The notes under the pieces: model-generated
What the model was told of the DNA's origin: nothing
Database searches by the model: none
The model's input: only the letters and a program-made list of their open reading frames with translations
Made by a program: the position numbers and the translations under genes
Shown here: in pieces, positions 26,197-34,792 of the stretch
How the letters are laid out: every line of letters begins with the position of its first letter
Numbering within the stretch: position 1 is the first letter of the stretch
From: a bacterium
Lineage (GTDB): Bacteria > JAMCPX01
Assembly (NCBI GenBank): GCA_037439545.1
Contig: JBBIVV010000022.1
Coordinates: forward strand, 1 to 34,792
DNA: 34,792 bases
Reading direction: 5' to 3'

Positions 26197-27696
26197 TTAC
26201 TGCTGCTTTTCAAGCTCTTTGATTTGTTCTGGTGAGTATCCGAGTGCTTTGAAATCCATGACGCCATGCGCAGAATGGCATTTATTGCATGAAAGTCCGA
26301 TCTTCTTGATGGCGTGATTGACCGATACATAAGATGTACCGGGGACCTGCATCGCCATCCATTCTCCGCTCCAGGTGAATCCCATTGCTGCAAAAGGTTT
26401 CATTCCGGCATCTATTGCTGCCTTTACATCCCCTGTCTGGTTGTAAACCTCCCTGTTCGGAGCAAGCAATAGCGGGAAATTTGCCATTTGAGGATTGTCT
26501 TTCAGGAAACCCATGCCGGGTGCCTGCCACATCTTAAGCTTTTTATCGAACAGCAAAACCTGATTTAATCCCCTTACAGGGTATATTTTTGCACCGGGTG
26601 ATTTGATACTGGATATTTCAAATGCCATCCAGCTCTGGACATCCTCATGCGTCTCTGTATTCGGCACCCTCCAGATATACGATGGATGACTCATATCTAT
26701 TTTTGCTTTAGGAACATAGATACCATGGATTGATGGAATCTTATCGTATCTTGAAAGTTCACTGTATTTCCCGTTTATGTCATCTTTAACCGGTTCGCCC
26801 CAGTTTTCGTATGTTATGCCGGATACAACGGGTATATGACATGTCTGACATGCTATGTTTGCAATATGCTCATTTAAAATCTTGCCAACTTTGCCTCTGT
26901 GAGGTGTGTCACTGTGGCAATTCGAGCAGGTGACCTTTACATCTGGCAGGTCATTTGCAGCCATATCTGATTCGTATTGTCCTTTGGCCATTTTATGATG
27001 TTCTGTGGCGTGACAGGTCAGACATTGAAGTCCTGCCTTTGCGTGAACATCAGTCTGTGGTGTATAAGGAGTACCCCTCTTATAATCATAGGAAAATGCA
27101 TGTTCATGACATCTCAGGCACGCCTCATTGGTAGGAACCTTTGTTATGCTCAAGGCAGCTTTGAGAGACGTATCCTCTCCCCAGTGCGTGCCCGTTGCAT
27201 CGGTAACCAGCGTTGCCCTGTCCTTCCAGTTGTAGTCTTTTGCATGACATACGAGACAGTCTACGGTATTAGCCTGTGCCTGTGTCGGCGGCTGCCCGGG
27301 CGGAAGCGGAGGCATAGACATACTGCCGATGTGGCACATACCGCATCCTGCAGCTTGAACCGTATTCTTCCCGTTTGTAGAAGCGGTCCAATTGGAAATA
27401 GTGAGAGAACCCGCAAGTGCGCATTCCCTGTTTAACATGCCCCACCATGAACCATCAGGTAACCCTTGAACATTTCTGATTGGCGTAGCCATGTGCCAGT
27501 GTACTGTCTGTGTAATCTCGGTTAACGCATCAGGATGACACATGACGCATGTCTGTGCGCCCTGATAGCCGTTTTCTTTTATAGTTTCTGCTCCTGGATG
27601 GACCCAGCCCTTTAACATGCCCTTATCGTTCGATGCAGAGGCGATACCAGGCAAAAAGAGTAACGCCATGGCCAATAACCCTAATCTTTTACTCAT
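26197..27696 (-). CDS. Periplasmic octaheme cytochrome c (OTR/tetrathionate reductase-like)
   Basis: Signal peptide; eight CxxCH motifs (CVMCH, CGMCH, CLVCH, CLRCH, CLTCH, CSNCH, CQTCH, CNKCH) with the 8th far C-terminal; AGGAGG SD. Confidence 0.88.
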   Translation of the reverse strand: MSKRLGLLAMALLFLPGIASASNDKGMLKGWVHPGAETIKENGYQGAQTCVMCHPDALTEITQTVHWHMATPIRNVQGLPDGSWWGMLNRECALAGSLTISNWTASTNGKNTVQAAGCGMCHIGSMSMPPLPPGQPPTQAQANTVDCLVCHAKDYNWKDRATLVTDATGTHWGEDTSLKAALSITKVPTNEACLRCHEHAFSYDYKRGTPYTPQTDVHAKAGLQCLTCHATEHHKMAKGQYESDMAANDLPDVKVTCSNCHSDTPHRGKVGKILNEHIANIACQTCHIPVVSGITYENWGEPVKDDINGKYSELSRYDKIPSIHGIYVPKAKIDMSHPSYIWRVPNTETHEDVQSWMAFEISSIKSPGAKIYPVRGLNQVLLFDKKLKMWQAPGMGFLKDNPQMANFPLLLAPNREVYNQTGDVKAAIDAGMKPFAAMGFTWSGEWMAMQVPGTSYVSVNHAIKKIGLSCNKCHSAHGVMDFKALGYSPEQIKELEKQQ

Positions 27697-27898
27697 ACTT
27701 TCCTCCTATATTTTATAATATAGAATATTATTTTTAGCAATTTTAGAAATCTGTCAACAAATTGACATACGGATGTATTTTTATACAGTTCAGTCATTTT
27801 AATATTAAACATACTGCCAGTATATTTTTGTGCTTGCATTATTCATCGTGAAGTATTATGAAAGTATTACATGGGAAAATATGAAAAAGGAGAGCACA

Positions 27899-28102
27899 AT
27901 GGAGATCGATAAGGTCAATGAACTGGAAAGTAAGATTAGCATGCTGATAGATAAGTGTGTTTCATTAAAAGAGGAAAACACTACATTAAAAATAAAGGTA
28001 GACGAGATGAAGAGAGAGAGAGATGAGCTCGTCCAGTTTAAACAGGATGCAATTGCAAAGGTGGACAGGATACTCAGCACACTGGATGAAGCCAGTTTGT
28101 AA
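27899..28102 (+). CDS. zapB: ZapB-like coiled-coil cell division protein
   Basis: 67-aa heptad coiled coil 'LESKISMLIDKCVSLKEEN' directly upstream of zapA; AAGGAG SD before ATG 27899. Confidence 0.65.
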   Translation: MEIDKVNELESKISMLIDKCVSLKEENTTLKIKVDEMKRERDELVQFKQDAIAKVDRILSTLDEASL

Positions 28103-28115
28103 AAGGTAGAGATTA

Positions 28116-28400
28116 TTGAAGAAGCCTTACACTATAAATATACTCGGCATCGAGCTTGTCGTAATGAGTGAAGATGAGCAGGAATATGTAGATAAGGTCG
28201 CCTCTTATGTAGAGGGTAAGCTTAAAGCAACCATGGGAGATGCTCATATCTCGGATACATCTATACTTTCTATTCTTACCTCGATGAATATCGCGGACGA
28301 GCTTTTTAAAGCTGAAAGCAGGTATAAAGAGAGGATACAATATCTCGAGACTAAAATTGAAGAATTGATTAAGATGATAGAAACAAAGGTCTCGATATGA
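28116..28400 (+). CDS. zapA: Cell division protein ZapA
   Basis: 'TINILG', 'KVASYVEGKL', 'ILTSMNIADELF'; TTG start. Confidence 0.9.
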   Translation: MKKPYTINILGIELVVMSEDEQEYVDKVASYVEGKLKATMGDAHISDTSILSILTSMNIADELFKAESRYKERIQYLETKIEELIKMIETKVSI

Positions 28401-28447
28401 GAGGGTCTTTTATTTTATTGTAAGGCGCTTACTCCAGTAGCAATAAA

Positions 28448-29026
28448 ATGCAAAAATTGAATAGCAAGCCCGCCATAAGAAGCAGCATGTTGGAATGCAG
28501 AAAAACAATGACCTCACGTGACTATGAGGATTTGTGTGGAAAGATGCAGTCATTGTTCCTGCAATCTTCTATGTATAAAAAGTCAAGGTCAATAATGTTT
28601 TATCTGCCGGTCAACAATGAGCCTGACACAGACTTAATAATGGCTGACGCATTCAAGAGTAAAAGAATCGTATTGCTGCCGTATATAAAGGACGATCGCA
28701 TTTATCCGGTGTTTTATACAAAAGATATGCCTCTGAAGCGCGGCAGGTACAAAATTAATGAGCCGGAAAACCCGGAGTTCTTTTTAGATAGATGTATAGA
28801 TGTAGTGTTAGTGCCGGGTGTCGCATTCGATAATTGCGGCAACAGAATAGGATATGGCAAGGGATATTATGATAAGTTTTTAAGCATGCTGGACAAAAAA
28901 ACTGTAAAAGTGGGGTTTTCATTTAATAGGTGTATAGTGAAGAGTATTGGGAATAATGAATGGGATATTCCCGTCGATTTTCTATTTACTGAGACGGGCC
29001 TACAAACAAAGGAGCAAAAAACATGA
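28448..29026 (+). CDS. ygfA: 5-formyltetrahydrofolate cyclo-ligase
   Basis: 'NEPDT', 'DVVLVPGVAFDNCGNRIGYGKGYYD'. Confidence 0.95.
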   Translation: MQKLNSKPAIRSSMLECRKTMTSRDYEDLCGKMQSLFLQSSMYKKSRSIMFYLPVNNEPDTDLIMADAFKSKRIVLLPYIKDDRIYPVFYTKDMPLKRGRYKINEPENPEFFLDRCIDVVLVPGVAFDNCGNRIGYGKGYYDKFLSMLDKKTVKVGFSFNRCIVKSIGNNEWDIPVDFLFTETGLQTKEQKT

Positions 29027-30585
29027 TAAATATACTCATAGCCGCAGGTACCGGACTTGCGGGTATTGCAATAGGTTACCTGATGGCTACCTACCTTAAC
29101 AAGGTTATCGGCAGATCAAAGATAAAACAATCGGAACAAAAAACTCAGGAGATACTCGAGTCTGCCAATAAACAAGCAGACTATATAAAGAAAGAAGCAG
29201 CGCTTCATGCAAGGAACAACCTTCTTGAGTTAAGGGCTGAATTTGAAAAAGAAACAAAGGACAGGAGACAGGAGCTGGTTTCACTCGAAAAGAGATTACT
29301 CCAGAAAGAGGAATATCTTGAGAAGAAAGAAGATATTATAAACAAAAAAGAAACCGACATCATGAGAAGGGAAAGAAATCTCAGCACTTCGGAACGAACC
29401 CTTTCGGGCAAGGAAGAAGAATACAGAAAGAAATTCAATGAAATTAACCTTGAGCTCCAGCGTATATCGGGGCTTACATCGGATCAAGCAAAGCAACTGC
29501 TTATGGACAGCGTACGGGAAGAGGCAAAACATGATATAGGAAAAATGCTGAAACAGCTTGAAGAAGAGGCTCAGCAAACTGCAGAAAATAAGGCAAAAGA
29601 AATTATTTCAGTAGCAGTCCAAAGATACTCGGGTGAATATGCACAGGAACATACGGTTACGACTGTCGATCTGCCGAACGATGAGTTGAAAGGCAGGATA
29701 ATAGGAAGGGAAGGGAGAAATATAAGAGCAATAGAAGCGGCGACAGGCGTCGACATCATCGTCGATGATACTCCGCAGGCAATTGTAATCTCGGGACACG
29801 ACCCTGTAAAAAGAGAGATAGCAAAGCAGTCTATAGAAAAACTCATCGCCGATGGCAGGATTCATCCAGGCAGGATAGAAGATATCGTAAACAAAACATC
29901 GCAGGAAATAGAAAAGAGCATGAGGGAAGCCGGTGAGCGTGCACTGTTTGATCTGGGGTTACACGGCATCAATACCGAACTCGTAAAGCTCATAGGCAGG
30001 CTGAAGTACAGGACAAGTTATGCACAGAATGTGTATCAGCACTCAATGGAGGTTGCATTTATACTCAGTATCATGGCTGGAGAGCTGGGATTGAACATTA
30101 AACATGCAAAAAGGGCAGGAATAATGCATGATATCGGCAAAGCAGTCGATCATGAGGTGGAAGGTTCTCATGCAGTGATTGGTGCAAATCTTGCTAAAAA
30201 GTATGGAGAACCGCCGAAGGTCGTTGAAGCAATAGAGCAGCACCACAATGATACACCGGCAAGCCTTCTCGGTATACTTCTCCAGTCAGCGGATGCTTTG
30301 TCAGCGGCAAGGCCTGGCGCACGCAGGGAAATGTACGAAGCTTATGTTAAAAGACTTCAGGACCTTGAAAGACTTTCAACCTCGTTTGATGGCATTGAAA
30401 AGGCTTATGCTATTCAGGCAGGTAGGGAAATCAGGGTAATAGTTTCTCCCGATAAAGTAAGTGATGATGAGATACCATTGTTGAGCAAGCAAATCGCAGA
30501 CAGGATAGAAAAGGAAATGAGTTACCCGGGAACGATCAAGGTTACGGTTTTAAGGGAAACCAGAGCATCGGTCTACGCTAAATAA
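29023..30585 (+). CDS. rny: Ribonuclease Y
   Basis: N-terminal TM, coiled coil, KH 'KGRIIGREGRNIR', HD 'HDIGKA', 'AIQAGRE'. Confidence 0.97.
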   Translation: MINILIAAGTGLAGIAIGYLMATYLNKVIGRSKIKQSEQKTQEILESANKQADYIKKEAALHARNNLLELRAEFEKETKDRRQELVSLEKRLLQKEEYLEKKEDIINKKETDIMRRERNLSTSERTLSGKEEEYRKKFNEINLELQRISGLTSDQAKQLLMDSVREEAKHDIGKMLKQLEEEAQQTAENKAKEIISVAVQRYSGEYAQEHTVTTVDLPNDELKGRIIGREGRNIRAIEAATGVDIIVDDTPQAIVISGHDPVKREIAKQSIEKLIADGRIHPGRIEDIVNKTSQEIEKSMREAGERALFDLGLHGINTELVKLIGRLKYRTSYAQNVYQHSMEVAFILSIMAGELGLNIKHAKRAGIMHDIGKAVDHEVEGSHAVIGANLAKKYGEPPKVVEAIEQHHNDTPASLLGILLQSADALSAARPGARREMYEAYVKRLQDLERLSTSFDGIEKAYAIQAGREIRVIVSPDKVSDDEIPLLSKQIADRIEKEMSYPGTIKVTVLRETRASVYAK

Positions 30586-30628
30586 GATTTATTTGAACGA
30601 CTGAAGCAGTTTTTAAGCGATTTTTAAA

Positions 30629-31414
30629 ATGAACATCCTATTTATAGGAGATATCGTCGGCAAGCCGGGCAGGTATGCTGCATCAAGTCTTTTGCCTGTT
30701 TTAAAGGACAGGTTCAGGATAGATTATACCATAGCAAACGGTGAGAATTCTGCCGGAGGGTACGGCATTACACCAGACATTGCAAAGGTACTGCTGAATA
30801 TGGGAATCGATCTCATAACAACCGGGAACCATATATGGGAGCATAAGGAGATCATTCCTTATTTGGCCGACAGTGATACCGTTATAAGACCTCTGAATAT
30901 ATCACCGCAGGCGCCGGGCAAGGGGATCGCTGTTATAAGAAAACCTGGGTTGCCGCCCCTTGCGGTCGTTAATTTAATAGGCAGGGTGTTTATGCCGCCT
31001 GCAGAGTGCCCCTTTAATGCCTCGGCTCACGTAATAACGAAATTGATGCAGGATTATCATGAGATAAAACACGTTCTTGTCGATTTTCATGCTGAGGCGA
31101 CATCTGAAAAACAGGCTCTCGGCTGGTATCTTGACGGTAAAGTGACGGCCGTTCTCGGCACCCATACGCATGTTCAAACATCGGATGAAAATGTCTTGCC
31201 TCAGGGCACTGCTTATATTACGGATGCGGGTATGACAGGGGTTGTCGATAGTATTCTCGGTATGGACAGAGACCAGATAATATCGAGGTTTACGACATCT
31301 ATCCAGAGGCATGCTGATGTTGCAAAAGGCAGGGAAGAACTGCAGGGAGTCATGGTTACGACCGATGAGAGAGGCAAGTCTATAGCTATAGTAAGGATAA
31401 AAGAACACGTATGA
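30629..31414 (+). CDS. ymdB: YmdB-like metallophosphoesterase (TIGR00282)
   Basis: FIGDIVG, NGEN, GNH, DFHAEATSEK, GTHTHV, TDAGMTG. Confidence 0.95.
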   Translation: MNILFIGDIVGKPGRYAASSLLPVLKDRFRIDYTIANGENSAGGYGITPDIAKVLLNMGIDLITTGNHIWEHKEIIPYLADSDTVIRPLNISPQAPGKGIAVIRKPGLPPLAVVNLIGRVFMPPAECPFNASAHVITKLMQDYHEIKHVLVDFHAEATSEKQALGWYLDGKVTAVLGTHTHVQTSDENVLPQGTAYITDAGMTGVVDSILGMDRDQIISRFTTSIQRHADVAKGREELQGVMVTTDERGKSIAIVRIKEHV

Positions 31415-32784
31415 ATATAATGGATGCCGTAAAGAAACCCGCTCTTATAAAATTATGGCTGGCGAGAGCACTACCGGTGTATATATTTCTCCTGTTCTCA
31501 TTTATAGGCATCAAATACGGTTTAGCTTCATACCTGCAGCACAAGTACCCTCCTGTCATAAAAGAAGATAGAATCTTCGGGGTGCGGATTCCTTTCGCTA
31601 AGAGGGTATACAAGGATAAATGGCTTACCGCATACGACAAATGGTCTCCCTATTTTTACTTTACCGCACTGGGGATAGCATGCATCTGGATGGTTGTTCT
31701 TCTAAAAGCGACAGCAGAAAATGCAAATGATTTATATATGTCTGCCTTGGAGAAAGCAGATAAATCAGAAGCTGAAAATAATCTATCACAGGCAATTTTC
31801 AATTTAAAAAAAGCATCTTTTTTCAGTATAGATCCTCGGGTGATTGAAGATATAAATAAAAAGATAGAAAGACTCAAGGTGTCTTTGGCATCTAAATCAG
31901 TGCTGTTGGATAAAACATTGCAAGAAGAAAAACAGAAAGCTTCCGACAAGACGGTAATAAAGCCGAAAACGGGAGATACGAATGATATCGCACACAGATA
32001 TAGAAAAATTAATAAACTCGGTCAGGGGGCCATGGGAATAGTATGGCTTTCGGAGGATACTGTCCTTGAAAGACGGATTGCAATCAAAGAGCTGCCGGTA
32101 CAGGTTGCGGAAGACAGGGAATTCAAGGAAAGATTTTTCAGGGAAGCAAAACTGCTGGCAAAATTAACTCACCCGAACATAGTTCAGGTCTATGATATTA
32201 TTGAAGACAACAATGTAGTCTATTATACCATGGAGTATGTCGAGGGACAATCGCTCGATAAATCATTGAAGGACAAAAAGCAGTCGATAGATACGGTATT
32301 TGATTATGCGCTGCAGACACTGAGAGGCATCGATTATGCGCACAGTATGAAGATCGTACACAGGGATTTAAAACCGATGAATATCATGGTTAGAAAAGAC
32401 GGTATAATAAAGATTGCGGATTTCGGTCTTGCGAAACTCATGGGTAGTACATCCCTTACCATAGCGGGTACTGTCATGGGGTCACCCATGTACATGTCGC
32501 CTGAGCAGGCACTTGGTGAGGACGTTGATGGGAGGAGCGATCTATACTCATTATCTATGATCCTTTATGAACTTGTCACCGGTTCACCTGCATTTAAGGG
32601 CAGTACAACGGAGGTCATTGCAAAGCAGATACAGGGTATGCCGGCACCACCCTCGTCCATAGTAAATATCCCGCACTGGCTTGATGAATTTATAATGAAA
32701 GGAATTGCCAAGGATAAAGAACAGAGGTATCAGGATGCATCAGAAATGATAGCATATATAACGGAACACAGAGCGGACAGATGA
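31411..32784 (+). CDS. Hanks-type Ser/Thr protein kinase with N-terminal membrane segments
   Basis: LGQGAMG, AIK, HRDLKPMN, DFG, YMSPE, DLYS; two hydrophobic segments in the first ~100 aa. Confidence 0.93.
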   Translation: MNIMDAVKKPALIKLWLARALPVYIFLLFSFIGIKYGLASYLQHKYPPVIKEDRIFGVRIPFAKRVYKDKWLTAYDKWSPYFYFTALGIACIWMVVLLKATAENANDLYMSALEKADKSEAENNLSQAIFNLKKASFFSIDPRVIEDINKKIERLKVSLASKSVLLDKTLQEEKQKASDKTVIKPKTGDTNDIAHRYRKINKLGQGAMGIVWLSEDTVLERRIAIKELPVQVAEDREFKERFFREAKLLAKLTHPNIVQVYDIIEDNNVVYYTMEYVEGQSLDKSLKDKKQSIDTVFDYALQTLRGIDYAHSMKIVHRDLKPMNIMVRKDGIIKIADFGLAKLMGSTSLTIAGTVMGSPMYMSPEQALGEDVDGRSDLYSLSMILYELVTGSPAFKGSTTEVIAKQIQGMPAPPSSIVNIPHWLDEFIMKGIAKDKEQRYQDASEMIAYITEHRADR

Positions 32785-33662
32785 AATTAAATGAGTTGTC
32801 CAAAAGGTTGTTAACGGCTATTGTCGGAGTACCGATTGTCGTGTTCGCCTTCGTAAAAGGCGGCTATGTACTGTTGACCATAGTGACATTTGTTTCTCTT
32901 GTAGGTTTGTGGGAATTCTTCAATATCATGGAAATAAGAGGGTATAAGCCGCTCAAGATAAGCGGGTATATCTCGGGTGTCGTGATTATATTTTCTGCTT
33001 ATTTTCTTTATAACTTTACTCTTGTTTTATTCGGGGTCGTTCTATTCATACTGTTTGTCGGCCTTTTTGAAAAAGATAATAAAACAGCATTGTCGGGAAC
33101 AGGCGGAACAATCTTTGGGGTGTTTTACATTGCCGGGTTATTGAGTTTTGGTATTAAAATAAGAAATCTCGGCTTAATGCTTGAAGAGCACTATAAAGTA
33201 CTCGGTTCTTTTTTAATCTCCGCACATATTGATGATACTACAGGTATGTATGCAATCTTTTTTATTGTTGCGGTAATATTTCTCAGCGATACAGGGGCAT
33301 ATTTCATAGGCAAGGCTTATGGCAGGAGACGAGTTGCACCGACTATAAGTCCAAAGAAATCATGGGAAGGTGTTGCCGGCGGTATCGGCGCAAGTCTGAT
33401 GACTGCATGTATCATGTGGTTTATTGCTCCGCAAAAGTTCCCGCTTCTCCATGCGATTATTCTTTCAGTCCTATTAAGTTTTGCCGGACTTGCGGGTGAT
33501 CTTGTAGAATCGAGGATCAAGAGAGATGCAGATGTCAAGGATTCAGGCACGATTTTCCCGGGACATGGAGGTGTTATGGACAGGATAGATGCATTGCTTT
33601 TTGGCCTGCCGGTTGCCTATGTATATTTTCTATCTTACTTCAGGTATATACTTTCAAGGTGA
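32781..33662 (+). CDS. cdsA: Phosphatidate cytidylyltransferase
   Basis: SDTGAYF, ISPKKSWEG, GDLVESRIKR...KDSG.IFPGHGGVMDRID. Confidence 0.95.
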   Translation: MKLNELSKRLLTAIVGVPIVVFAFVKGGYVLLTIVTFVSLVGLWEFFNIMEIRGYKPLKISGYISGVVIIFSAYFLYNFTLVLFGVVLFILFVGLFEKDNKTALSGTGGTIFGVFYIAGLLSFGIKIRNLGLMLEEHYKVLGSFLISAHIDDTTGMYAIFFIVAVIFLSDTGAYFIGKAYGRRRVAPTISPKKSWEGVAGGIGASLMTACIMWFIAPQKFPLLHAIILSVLLSFAGLAGDLVESRIKRDADVKDSGTIFPGHGGVMDRIDALLFGLPVAYVYFLSYFRYILSR

Positions 33663-33700
33663 TCACGCACTGAATTGCGGCCGCAAGATCGGGAGGTCTT

Positions 33701-33850
33701 ATCATAAGGGGTAAGACAGCAAATATGCATGGACACGGGCTTGGCCTGAGTATTGTCAAGTGGATAATCGAATTGCACCAGAGCGGGATTTCAATCAAAC
33801 CTGATAGTAAAGGCACGAGCTTGCAGATAAGTTTCTATCAAGATTTTTAA
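33701..33850 (+). pseudogene. C-terminal fragment of a histidine kinase HATPase domain
   Basis: Frame reads ...GHGLGLSIVKWIIELHQSGISIKPDSKGTSLQISF...* (G2 box and terminal strands); in-frame stop at 33671; no H, N or G1 boxes. Confidence 0.75.
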
Positions 33851-33876
33851 AATTGACCTCTTGATTAAGATTATAC

Positions 33877-33940
33877 TTGACATACATTTTAGGCTGTGTC
33901 TTTAATTTAAATCCCCTAAGGGGAATAGTTCTTTGATAAG
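33877..33940 (+). promoter_or_regulatory. Putative rRNA promoter and boxA-like element
   Basis: TTGACA (33877-33882)-18 bp-TTTAAT; GTTCTTTGATA boxA-like sequence at about 33928-33938. Confidence 0.55.
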
Positions 33941-33977
33941 TTAATAGTGGATAGTTATATTTCTTTGAGCTAGTTTT

Positions 33978-34792
<815 letters not shown>

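Noticed and set aside
2904..27898. Track starts at 2904 (pgi), 6641 (MmgE/PrpD), 16024 (GT2) and 27830 (zapB)
   Set aside because: These extensions overlap upstream genes or promoter regions; downstream ATGs at 2952, 6575, 16060 and 27899 fit better
430..33550. Many 60-170 aa alternative-frame and antisense ORFs in the track
   Set aside because: They overlap well-supported genes and show no recognisable motifs; treated as shadow ORFs
33686..33695. AGATCGGGAG resembling an Illumina adapter start
   Set aside because: One mismatch in 10 nt and the following bases do not match; likely chance

Overview
Mostly core chromosomal DNA from a diderm (lpxC-bearing), deltaproteobacteria-like bacterium with a divergent 16S rRNA. 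The window starts inside a tRNA-Phe and ends inside a 16S gene. In order: a palindromic MITE/PATE-like element; an SCP2-FeADH-SCP2-thioesterase-pgi operon; nth and an MmgE/PrpD protein; cstA; TetR with two acyl-CoA dehydrogenases; a stand-alone lpxC with a sigma54 promoter; yjbQ-PilZ-DUF502-HIT; a lipoprotein; a Fur-boxed orphan feoA; a hyaluronan-synthase-like GT2; a hybrid histidine kinase plus REC-REC-HD-GYP protein; a CaCA exchanger plus K+-independent H+-PPase; fmt; an octaheme cytochrome c; zapB-zapA-ygfA-rny-ymdB-Ser/Thr kinase-cdsA; a histidine-kinase remnant; and 16S. The strongest unexplained signal is a 45-aa ORF missing from the ORF track (17567-17704, minus strand). It has a GGAGG SD and a sigma54 promoter whose layout matches that of lpxC. 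It converges on the GT2 and diverges from the two-component pair, in which two receiver domains carry D-to-N substitutions. No CRISPR, transposase, integrase or phage genes were seen. All calls come from motif recognition only; no database searches were run.
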